Shown here in pieces: positions 1-7,446 of a stretch of 64,000 nucleotides of DNA. Numbering within the stretch: the first letter of the stretch is position 1; each line of letters opens with the position of its first letter. The position numbers and the translations under genes were made by a program. The stretch is taken from positions 3,061-67,060 of the forward strand of contig DASYTT010000095.1 of assembly GCA_036002045.1 (NCBI GenBank). The letters are read 5' to 3'. The notes under the pieces were generated by a model. That model was given only the letters and a program-made list of their open reading frames with translations, was not told the origin of the DNA and ran no database searches. This DNA is from Gemmatimonadales bacterium (GTDB lineage Bacteria > Gemmatimonadota > Gemmatimonadetes > Gemmatimonadales > GWC2-71-9).

Positions 1-1
1 G

Positions 2-499
2 GCTGCGTTTTCTCCGGTCACCAACCATTTCTATGTCCCGCTCAACAATCTCTGCATGGATTTGCGGACCGGCGTCACGAGTTACACTGCCGGCCAGCCC
101 TACAGCGGGGTGAGCCTGAAAATGAAGCCCGGACCAGGGCAGACTCGCGGTCGCTTCATCGCGTGGGACGCGGCCGCCGGCACGATCGCCTGGGAGATCA
201 AGGAGCCGCTGGCCGCGGCGGGGGGCGCGTTGGCCACGGCGGGCGGCCTCGTATTTTACGGCACGATGGAAGGGTGGCTGAAGGCGGTCGATCAGCGCAG
301 CGGGCGTGAGCTTTGGAGATTTAGAACTCCCTCAGGAATCCTGGGAAGCCCCATTGCGTTCCAGGGAACCGACGGGCGCGAGTATATCGCAGTGCTCTCG
401 GGAATGGGGGGGTGGTGGGGGCTCGGTGGCAACGGGGCATTCCCGGATCTCGCCACGATCACCAATACCGGTGGCGTGCTCATGGTGTTCGGGTTATGA
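2..499 (+). CDS. PQQ-dependent (quinoprotein) alcohol/methanol dehydrogenase family protein, C-terminal fragment; 5' end outside window
   Basis: The frame of ORF 56..499 stays open to the window edge (..NHFYVPLNNLCMDLRTG..). GGLVFYGTMEGWLKAVDQRSGRELWRF..SGILGSPIAF..REYIAVLSG resembles the terminal propeller blades of quinoprotein dehydrogenases. Stop TGA at 497-499. Confidence 0.75.
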   Translation, partial: AAFSPVTNHFYVPLNNLCMDLRTGVTSYTAGQPYSGVSLKMKPGPGQTRGRFIAWDAAAGTIAWEIKEPLAAAGGALATAGGLVFYGTMEGWLKAVDQRSGRELWRFRTPSGILGSPIAFQGTDGREYIAVLSGMGGWWGLGGNGAFPDLATITNTGGVLMVFGL

Positions 500-1383
500 A
501 GGTTCGCCTGCTTCGCTGGTGGGTGATCGGGCCTCTCTTGGCATTGCTCTGGGCGATGCTCGATCGGCCCGGACCGCGACCAGCTCACCAGGCCGAGTGG
601 CTGGATGCCGGCGGCGTGCTGGTGCGCACCGTACGGGCCGGCGCGGGGGACACGACCTTACTGCTGCTGCACGGCTATGGGGAATCGCTCACAACCTGGC
701 GGGCTCTGTTCGACCCGCTTGCCACCGGCGCGCAGGTGATAGCAATTGACCTGCCTGGCTTCGGCGGCAGCGCCAAGCCTGACGTCCCCTATTCCCTGCC
801 GGCGATGACGGAGCGGCTCTCCCGTTTCATCGACCGTTGGACGACCGGACCACTGGTCGTCGCCGGGCATTCAATGGGCGGCGAGCTCGCAGCTAACTTG
901 GCGCTGCTCCGTCCGGATCGGGTCAAGCTGCTCGTGCTGATCGCGCCGGCAGGTTACCGGATAGGACTCGCTGGGATCGCCGGATCCATGACCCGCTCCA
1001 AGGCGCGGAGAATCGGCCGCTACTTGGCGCTGCGCTCCTTCATCACCCCTATTCACGATCTGGGCTGGCTGGGGGAGCCGGATTCGAGCGCGACATACGA
1101 CCAGACCGGCGATGCTAACTACAGCCGGGTGGCAGCCCGAGTCCTCGAAGAGTTCGACTTCGTGGCGCTGCGCTCTCGTTTCGGGGAGCTGAGCCAGCCG
1201 ACGCTGCTGATCTGGGGTGGACTTGATCCTGTCGTCCCCCCCTCCGTGGGTGATACCCTTTCCCGCACCATCCCTTGTGTCCACTACCTCCCTCTCTCCA
1301 AGGCGTTCCATAGGCCGCACGCGGAAACTCCGGATACTGTTATCGCGGCGATACGGCGGTTCCTGCGGAGACCGGCCTGCTAG
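496..1383 (+). CDS. alpha/beta-fold hydrolase with N-terminal membrane anchor
   Basis: ATG 496 overlaps the upstream stop (ATGA). Has HGYGESLTTW, a GHSMGG nucleophile elbow and a C-terminal His region (AFHRPHAE). The N-terminus is hydrophobic (LLRWWVIGPLLALLWAML). The ORF-track start at 412 would overlap the upstream gene, so I did not use it. Confidence 0.8.
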   Translation: MKVRLLRWWVIGPLLALLWAMLDRPGPRPAHQAEWLDAGGVLVRTVRAGAGDTTLLLLHGYGESLTTWRALFDPLATGAQVIAIDLPGFGGSAKPDVPYSLPAMTERLSRFIDRWTTGPLVVAGHSMGGELAANLALLRPDRVKLLVLIAPAGYRIGLAGIAGSMTRSKARRIGRYLALRSFITPIHDLGWLGEPDSSATYDQTGDANYSRVAARVLEEFDFVALRSRFGELSQPTLLIWGGLDPVVPPSVGDTLSRTIPCVHYLPLSKAFHRPHAETPDTVIAAIRRFLRRPAC

Positions 1384-1420
1384 CCAAGGGCTTTGAGCGA
1401 TGGGCTAACTGCTTTAGTTA

Positions 1421-1448
1421 ATAGCACATAGCTCATAACCCATAGCAC
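1421..1448. repeat. degenerate heptamer tandem array ATAGCAC ATAGCTC ATAACCC ATAGCAC
   Basis: Read directly in the 95-bp gap upstream of the 1479 operon. It is preceded by TAGCCAA (1381-1387) and its inverted partner TGGGCTA (1401-1407), the same words as in the lon-upstream arrays. Confidence 0.7.
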
Positions 1449-1478
1449 CCCTGGATCGTAGGAGTAAAGGCTACTATT

Positions 1479-2633
1479 TTGCCCCCGCTCCGCGGCCGCT
1501 CATCCATCCAACCCGGGAGAGTGACTCTGGATCTGCCTACTTTTCACCGTGTTCCGGTCGCCTGGCTGCTCGAACACGGCAGCGAATCCATTCGTCTCCG
1601 CACCCGCCGGGAGCTTGCTTACCCCGGCACCAGCACCCCCGAAACCCTTGTCGCAGATGAGCTGGCCGTAGCCGAGTCCAAACTGGCCCAGGCGGTGATC
1701 CGCAAGCAAAAGGACACAGGCGTCTGGGGAGGGAACCTGCTGGGGTTAGCTGCGTCGGCCAAAGACGGGATCAAGGAGGTGGGGACGATTCCGCAGTACC
1801 GGCGACTCCTGCAGCTGGGCTACCCTCGAACCGGCCGGCCATTCAAGCTGGCTGACCGAATCTTGTTCCGGCTGCTCTCCCGGGACGACGACCCGTTCCT
1901 GCAATTCGAATTCGGCAAGTTGTTCAGGGACTCGACCGCGGCGGGGGATTGGGCGCGGGAGCATATGCGGGAAGCGGCTGCAGCTGCGCTGGCCGAGGCG
2001 GGGTACATCGAGGATCCCCGGCTTCGGGGGGCGGCACACAAGATCGCCTCGTCGGTATCCGCGTTCCTGCGCAGCCCACTGGCCGAAAAGCCTTTTGCGC
2101 GCTCGGGCTCCAAAACGATCCTGCACCCTGACGCCCACCCGCCGACCTGGTATTCCGTGGCGATGATCGCGGCGATGCCCAACTTGCAGCGGGAGCGTGC
2201 CGGATTCACCGAGCGGCTGGGTCAGTACCTCGGGCTCGCGATGTCGAAGAAGAGCTTTGTCTGGCAGATCGGGAAGAAGGTGAACAAGCCCGAGCTGCTC
2301 CTGCTGGGTGATCCGATCGTCGCCGATTCGAAAGGGAATGCGAAGGACATTCCGCTGGCGCTGCACTTCATCGAGCTGCTCGCCCGGATCAGCGCACTCC
2401 ACACCAACCCGGTTGCCACCAAAGTACTGGCACGCTTGATGTCGGAGTGTGACGAGCAGGGTGTCTGGCGCCCCAAAACCCTGAAGGCGACTCCCCGAGC
2501 CATTCACAAGATCACCTATCACATGTATCCGCTCCAACAGGAGACCAAGGCGGCGGATTCGCGCCTGGTGGACGTCACGTTCCGGCTCGCCCTCATCGCC
2601 CGTCTGCTCGGATGGCCGTTGGAGTACCTGTAG
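1479..2633 (+). CDS. hypothetical protein (384 aa), possibly alpha/alpha-toroid repeat fold
   Basis: Long ORF with a TTG start. Codon usage is consistent with its neighbours, and it is coupled to the downstream TrmB-like gene. Two QW-like motifs (KQKDTGVWGGN, CDEQGVWRPK) recall prenyltransferase/terpene-cyclase repeats. I recognise no confident family. Confidence 0.55.
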   Translation: MPPLRGRSSIQPGRVTLDLPTFHRVPVAWLLEHGSESIRLRTRRELAYPGTSTPETLVADELAVAESKLAQAVIRKQKDTGVWGGNLLGLAASAKDGIKEVGTIPQYRRLLQLGYPRTGRPFKLADRILFRLLSRDDDPFLQFEFGKLFRDSTAAGDWAREHMREAAAAALAEAGYIEDPRLRGAAHKIASSVSAFLRSPLAEKPFARSGSKTILHPDAHPPTWYSVAMIAAMPNLQRERAGFTERLGQYLGLAMSKKSFVWQIGKKVNKPELLLLGDPIVADSKGNAKDIPLALHFIELLARISALHTNPVATKVLARLMSECDEQGVWRPKTLKATPRAIHKITYHMYPLQQETKAADSRLVDVTFRLALIARLLGWPLEYL

Positions 2634-3328
2634 TGGCGGCGCTCGACCTCACCTCGTTCGGATTTACCCCTACGGAGAGTCTGATCTACGAAGTCCTCCT
2701 GCGTGGCGGACCGGGCACCGGATATGCCATTGCGCGCAGCGCAGGGTTGGCGCGTGCCAACGCCTATGGCGCGCTGGAAGGCCTGGTGCAGAAAGGCGCG
2801 GCGCGAGTGGAGGAAGGGCGGCCCAAACGCTACCGGCCGGAGCCTCCGACGGCGCTGGTCGCGCGGATCCTGGAGCGACAGGGTCAGGCACTCGATGAGG
2901 TGAGCCGTACCCTGGCGGAGATCTCGGTTCCGGACACCCCGACCTTGGTGGAGCTCTCCTCAGCGCGCGGTGCCCTGCAGATCGCCTCGCGGGAGGCGGC
3001 GCGTGCGAGCGAGCGGATCCTGTTGCACGCGGCCCCCGACGCGTACCCGCCGCTGGTTCCCGCGCTGCGCAAGGCGGCGGGGAGCGGCGTCACCCTGTCG
3101 CTCTCGGCAACCACCGCAGTCGAGCTCGCCTTCGCCACCGTGAGCGTGGCCGACGGCGGGACCGAGTGGCCAGGGCAACCCTTCCTGCTCGTTGTGGACG
3201 GACGCAGCGCGTTGCTCGCGGCACGTGAGGCTACGGGAGGAGACCGTATTACCGGGCACTGGGGCACCGCTCCCACGCTGGTCGCGGCCACCGCGCTCGC
3301 CATCGAGAGGCTACGACGGGGCACATGA
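2612..3328 (+). CDS. TrmB-family (winged-helix) transcriptional regulator
   Basis: The N-terminal LTSFGFTPTESLIYEVLLRGGPGTGYAIARSAGLARANAYGALEGLVQKGAARVEEGRPKRYRP is the TrmB HTH pattern. An alternative GTG start at 2633 overlaps the upstream TAG by 1 nt. Stop TGA 3326-3328 overlaps the next ATG. Confidence 0.7.
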   Translation: MAVGVPVVAALDLTSFGFTPTESLIYEVLLRGGPGTGYAIARSAGLARANAYGALEGLVQKGAARVEEGRPKRYRPEPPTALVARILERQGQALDEVSRTLAEISVPDTPTLVELSSARGALQIASREAARASERILLHAAPDAYPPLVPALRKAAGSGVTLSLSATTAVELAFATVSVADGGTEWPGQPFLLVVDGRSALLAAREATGGDRITGHWGTAPTLVAATALAIERLRRGT

Positions 3329-4932
3329 CCGATGAGCTGATGGAGGAGTATTACCTCCAGCTCCGCCGTGAATACCTGGTCGAGGCCCCCGCCCGGCTAG
3401 GCGAGCTCCGCAAGGACCTCGCAGCAATCCGTGCGGGAGAGCCGGAAGCCGTAGATTCGCTCAGGTCGCGCTTCCATAAGCTGGCGGGATCGGGCGGAAG
3501 CTACGGATTTCCGGCGATTAGCGAAGCCAGTCGTGAAGCGGAGGATTGGCTGAACGAGCACCCGGCACCCGACGAAGCGGGGCTCACATTTCTCGGCTCC
3601 GCGATCGCACGAGTTACCAAGGCGTTCGACGACGCGGCCCGCGAGCTGGGATATCCGTCGGTCCCCAAGCGGACGCCACCGTTCGGCTGGCGGGCGCATT
3701 TGCTGGGCGCTGGGAGCGAGCTCAACACGCGCCTGGCCGGCGCGCTGCGCGATACCCAATACGGGGTGACCAGCGCACCTCTGGATTCCGACCCGGCGGG
3801 GATCCCAGCGTCGGAGCGGCCCGAGATCGTGATTGTGAGTCCCGCTCCCGGCGAAGATCCGCGAGCTGCCGTGGAGCGCTGGACCGCCGGACCCTTCGAG
3901 CGCTATCTGGCCGTGGCACTGGTGGCCGACCCAGCGGCCTACGATCGACTGAGCCAGCCCTATGCGCGACTCGACTGCTTCATCGAGCCGGAACGCGCGG
4001 ATGCCGAGATCCCGCGCTGGGCGCGCGCCGTAGCGCGCGCGGGCGCTGCGCCACCCTCGGCCCTCATCGTGCTAGGGGACGAGGTGGAGCGCGGGACCGT
4101 AGCGGAGCTGCTCGAGCGGGCCGGCGTGCGGCTGACTGCGGTGAGCTCGGCGGGCACTGCGATCGAAGTCCTGCGCCGGGACTTGCCGGACCTGGTGCTG
4201 CTCGACTGGACATTGCCCGATGGCCAGGCGGCAGCATTGGTGCGCCTGATGCGGCGGACACCACGATTCGTCCTCACGCCGGTTGTGGCGCTCAGTGACA
4301 ACGACAGTGACATGGAGCGTGAGCATGCCCTCGCCGCAGGTGTAGATGAGCTCCTGGTACGCCCAGTAAGCGGTGGGCGCCTGCTGCCAGCCGTGCTCCA
4401 TCGAGTCGCTCGCGCGCGCCGGCTCGACGAAACGGTGCGGCGGGATGCGCTGACCGGATTCCTCACCGCCGGGACCCTCGCCGATGAGCTCGAGGTAGTG
4501 CTGGCCTATGCCAGGCGCGGAGGAGAGCAGCTCAGCTTCTTGCTGCTGGATGTGGATCATTTCCGCCGAGTGAACGAGCAGTTGGGCCATGAAACCGGCG
4601 ATCAGGTCTTGGCCCATCTTGCGCGGGTGATCCGCGAGCGGATTCGCGCGAGCGATCTGGTAGTGCGGATGGGGGGGGAAGAGTTCGCGGTAGTGTTCCG
4701 GCACTGCGCGCCTGCGGACGCTCGCGCGGTCGCCGAGGAAATCCGGAGCGCCGTGGTCGCGGCGCCAGCGATCGTCGAAGGGACACCGATGCCGGTGCGA
4801 TTCTCGGCCGGGATCGCCGCTTATCCTGATCACGCGATCGGGATGCGGGAACTGGTGCTGGTGGCGGAGCGGGCCCTCCGCGAGGCCAAAGAGACGGGGC
4901 GGGATCGCGTCGTGGTGGCCGGGAAGCGGTAA
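3325..4932 (+). CDS. Hpt - (degenerate receiver-like region) - REC - GGDEF diguanylate cyclase
   Basis: Hpt His motif RFHKLAGSGGSYGF. Receiver with acceptor context DLVLLDWTLPDG. GGDEF domain with active-site GGEEF and an RxxD I-site spaced 5 residues upstream (RASD-LVVRM-GGEEF). Confidence 0.9.
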   Translation: MTDELMEEYYLQLRREYLVEAPARLGELRKDLAAIRAGEPEAVDSLRSRFHKLAGSGGSYGFPAISEASREAEDWLNEHPAPDEAGLTFLGSAIARVTKAFDDAARELGYPSVPKRTPPFGWRAHLLGAGSELNTRLAGALRDTQYGVTSAPLDSDPAGIPASERPEIVIVSPAPGEDPRAAVERWTAGPFERYLAVALVADPAAYDRLSQPYARLDCFIEPERADAEIPRWARAVARAGAAPPSALIVLGDEVERGTVAELLERAGVRLTAVSSAGTAIEVLRRDLPDLVLLDWTLPDGQAAALVRLMRRTPRFVLTPVVALSDNDSDMEREHALAAGVDELLVRPVSGGRLLPAVLHRVARARRLDETVRRDALTGFLTAGTLADELEVVLAYARRGGEQLSFLLLDVDHFRRVNEQLGHETGDQVLAHLARVIRERIRASDLVVRMGGEEFAVVFRHCAPADARAVAEEIRSAVVAAPAIVEGTPMPVRFSAGIAAYPDHAIGMRELVLVAERALREAKETGRDRVVVAGKR

Positions 4933-4956
4933 ATCGAAACGGATGCAGCGCCGCAG

Positions 4957-5427
4957 CTACTGCACGCGTACCAACTCGATCGTGAAAACCAGAATCGAAT
5001 TGGGGGGAATCGGACCGTTGGGCTGTGCGCCGTAGCCGAGCGCCGGCGGAATGATGAGCTGCCGCCGCCCCCCTGCACGCATTCCCGTGACACCTTCGTC
5101 AAATCCCGGTACGACCTCACCGGCCCCCAAGCGGAACACGAAGGGCGGGTCCATGGGCCCGTTGGCGTCGAATGGCTGGCCGTTCGCCAGGCTTCCCTGG
5201 TAGTGAATGGCGACCTGCTGTCCGGGGCCCGCCGGCGCGCCTGTGCCGGGGGAGAGCTCGCGCAGGTAGACGCCTCGTGGCGTCCTGGTCATCGCGCTCA
5301 GCTCGATCCCCAAGGAGGGTGAGAAGGTGGTACTCCCGATGTCCGGCACAGCCGTTTCTGCCGGCTTGCGGTCCACTGAACCGGTGCAAGCCGTCAACAG
5401 GAGAGCGCCCAGCAGAGCGGGTCTCAT
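4957..5427 (-). CDS. FKBP-type peptidyl-prolyl cis-trans isomerase, lipoprotein
   Basis: Lipobox LLLTAC. FKBP core GQPFDANG..PFVFRLGAGEVVPGFDEGVTGMRAGGRRQLIIPPALGYG..IPPNSILVFTIELV. Confidence 0.9.
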   Translation of the reverse strand: MRPALLGALLLTACTGSVDRKPAETAVPDIGSTTFSPSLGIELSAMTRTPRGVYLRELSPGTGAPAGPGQQVAIHYQGSLANGQPFDANGPMDPPFVFRLGAGEVVPGFDEGVTGMRAGGRRQLIIPPALGYGAQPNGPIPPNSILVFTIELVRVQ

Positions 5428-5433
5428 GCCTTT

Positions 5434-7344
5434 CTACCGCTTGCGCAGCAGCACGATCGAACCGGCTTCACGGGTGTCCGCAGCGACCTTCTCGAGCCAA
5501 GCCACCACATCGTCGATGCGTTCGGGGCCGAGCACGCCCTTACCGACGACCCGGCGTGAGCGCACCTCGAGCATTCGGCCCTGCTGCGCATAGGAAATCG
5601 AGAGCTCGCCGAAGGGGCCGGCCAGGGCGACGTTCTTGGGCAACTCCGCCTGCCACCCCTCGGGCAGCTCGAGCAAGAGGTGGTTCTCCTCGTTACCCGG
5701 CGGAGGGACTTCGGCGGCATCGATCGTAAAGCGCCGCGGATGCGCCTTGAGCTCGGTGATCAGGGCACCCAGGTCAGTGGACGAGTGCAGAAAGGGCAAC
5801 TCCAGGATCGCGACCGGCCCCGCGAGACGTGCCGCGCGACCGTGACGGGCCACGAAGCTGAGTCGGAAATCCCCCCCGTTCTCAGTCTCGTCGGTGAAAT
5901 CCAAGCTGTCTCCTTCGGCTTCCGGATAAATCCGGGTGGCCAGCGCGCGCAGAAAGCGCGAACGCGTGGTCGAATCCAGAGGAGAACGGCTCACTATTCC
6001 GTGATACATGTCCGCCGCGGCGCCGGTGAGAACGGTCTGCGCGCGCGAAGTGACAAAACCCGCGGTATCGAGTGTCCCCGCCAGATCCAGCCGATTCCAC
6101 TCTGCCGCTTCATCCCGCTCGGGCAACGTGGTCTCTTCGGTCCGGCCGTCACGATGGACGACCAGGGCAAACTGACCCTGGTCGGGACCGGGCAGTGCCC
6201 CCCACGGGACACCGGCCGCGGTCAGGTCGACGAACAGGCGGCCGCCAGGGCGTTCCACCACGGCGATCGCGTGATTGAACTGCGCGATGGTGGGAAGCCC
6301 GCGTTCGACATTGCCGCCTGCGGAGAGCAGAACCGGATTCGCTTCGATGCCCAGCTTGGCGAGAAAGGTGATGAAGAGGGTCGCCTTGTCCTTACAATCG
6401 CCGTAGCCGGTGGCGACCACATCCGTCGCCGAACGAGGCTGATAGCCACCCATCCCGAGAGAGATCGCGACGTAACGGACGTCGGCGGTGACGTAGCGAT
6501 GGATGGCCTTGAGCGAATCCTCCAGCGTCCGCGCGCTCGCCACGATCGCGCTGAGCTTCTGTTCGACCGCCGGCGTCAGCGCATAGCGATCGCGGGCCAG
6601 TCCGGCATACCAGCTTCCGATGTCCTGCCAGCGGGCTGGGGCGCCGATCTGAATGGTCATCATCACATCGTTCGAATCCGCCGCGAAGAGCTCGGGCTCG
6701 ATCTTGGGAACTTCCTGGGTGGCCCACGTGACGATGCGGCGGCCGTTGGCCTCGACAGTAACCGGCTTGAAATTCAGGTTGCGCGCGACCACTTGAGGCA
6801 CGATGGACACCGGGGTGTCCAGCATAAGGCGAGAGCGCCGCACCGGTAATCCCGTGGTAATACGCCACGCCGAGAAGAAATCGCTCGTACGGAAGGGCTT
6901 GAGCTCTTCCACGGTATAGCTGTAATCGATCAGGGTACCCGGCCGGACATTCGGAAGCGACAGCCGGCGCACTTTCTGCTCGGCGTAGGTAGGATCTCCC
7001 ATGGGAGCGGGGATATCACTGTCCTGGGAGATCCCGGGCTTGTCGCTGATGATCTCGCCCGTAAGCGAGACCACCCGCACCCAGTTGACCGTCAGGCGCT
7101 GGTGGCGCGGCTCGTAGGAAAAGGAGCGTTCGGCCCATTGCTCGACCGCGCTCTCCTTGAGAATCTGAATGACCTGCCGATAGGTAGTGCTGCCCCGGCC
7201 GTCGGCCTCGAAACGAAGCACGCCGTCGTCGAGGAGATACACGAATGGCTCATCGCGGTACTTGGCCGAGTCCACCGCGAGGGAATAAATGGTATCCGGG
7301 CGGACAGCAGGCCCGGCCAGGAGAGCTGCAGCAATCAGCAACAA
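5434..7344 (-). CDS. DUF3857 / transglutaminase-like cysteine protease domain protein
   Basis: Transglutaminase-core Cys motif TGYGDCKDKATLFITFL, preceded by a DUF3857-like N-terminal region. TTG start with a short hydrophobic N-terminus; the start is uncertain. Confidence 0.8.
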   Translation of the reverse strand: MLLIAAALLAGPAVRPDTIYSLAVDSAKYRDEPFVYLLDDGVLRFEADGRGSTTYRQVIQILKESAVEQWAERSFSYEPRHQRLTVNWVRVVSLTGEIISDKPGISQDSDIPAPMGDPTYAEQKVRRLSLPNVRPGTLIDYSYTVEELKPFRTSDFFSAWRITTGLPVRRSRLMLDTPVSIVPQVVARNLNFKPVTVEANGRRIVTWATQEVPKIEPELFAADSNDVMMTIQIGAPARWQDIGSWYAGLARDRYALTPAVEQKLSAIVASARTLEDSLKAIHRYVTADVRYVAISLGMGGYQPRSATDVVATGYGDCKDKATLFITFLAKLGIEANPVLLSAGGNVERGLPTIAQFNHAIAVVERPGGRLFVDLTAAGVPWGALPGPDQGQFALVVHRDGRTEETTLPERDEAAEWNRLDLAGTLDTAGFVTSRAQTVLTGAAADMYHGIVSRSPLDSTTRSRFLRALATRIYPEAEGDSLDFTDETENGGDFRLSFVARHGRAARLAGPVAILELPFLHSSTDLGALITELKAHPRRFTIDAAEVPPPGNEENHLLLELPEGWQAELPKNVALAGPFGELSISYAQQGRMLEVRSRRVVGKGVLGPERIDDVVAWLEKVAADTREAGSIVLLRKR

Positions 7345-7380
7345 AACGAAGCTCCGCGAATGACCAGTGGAATCTAGTGA

Positions 7381-7443
7381 GGTGAGCGGTGAGAGGTGAG
7401 AGAGAGGAGCTTTCTCCCTCTCACCTCTTATTGCTCACCGCTT
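7381..7443 (-). terminator. long imperfect hairpin 3 nt downstream of the lon stop, built from inverted GGTGAGN heptads
   Basis: Plus strand reads GGTGAGC GGTGAGA GGTGAGA GAGAGGAG-CTTTC-TCCCTCTCACCTCTTATTGCTCACCGC, and the arms pair over roughly 20 bp. There is no clear U-tract, so terminator function is inferred from position only. Confidence 0.45.
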
Positions 7444-7446
7444 ACT

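Noticed and set aside
4933-4956. Bidirectional terminator between the convergent GGDEF and FKBP genes.
   Set aside because: The gap is only 24 nt. GCAG..CTGC gives at most a 4-bp stem and there is no T-tract.
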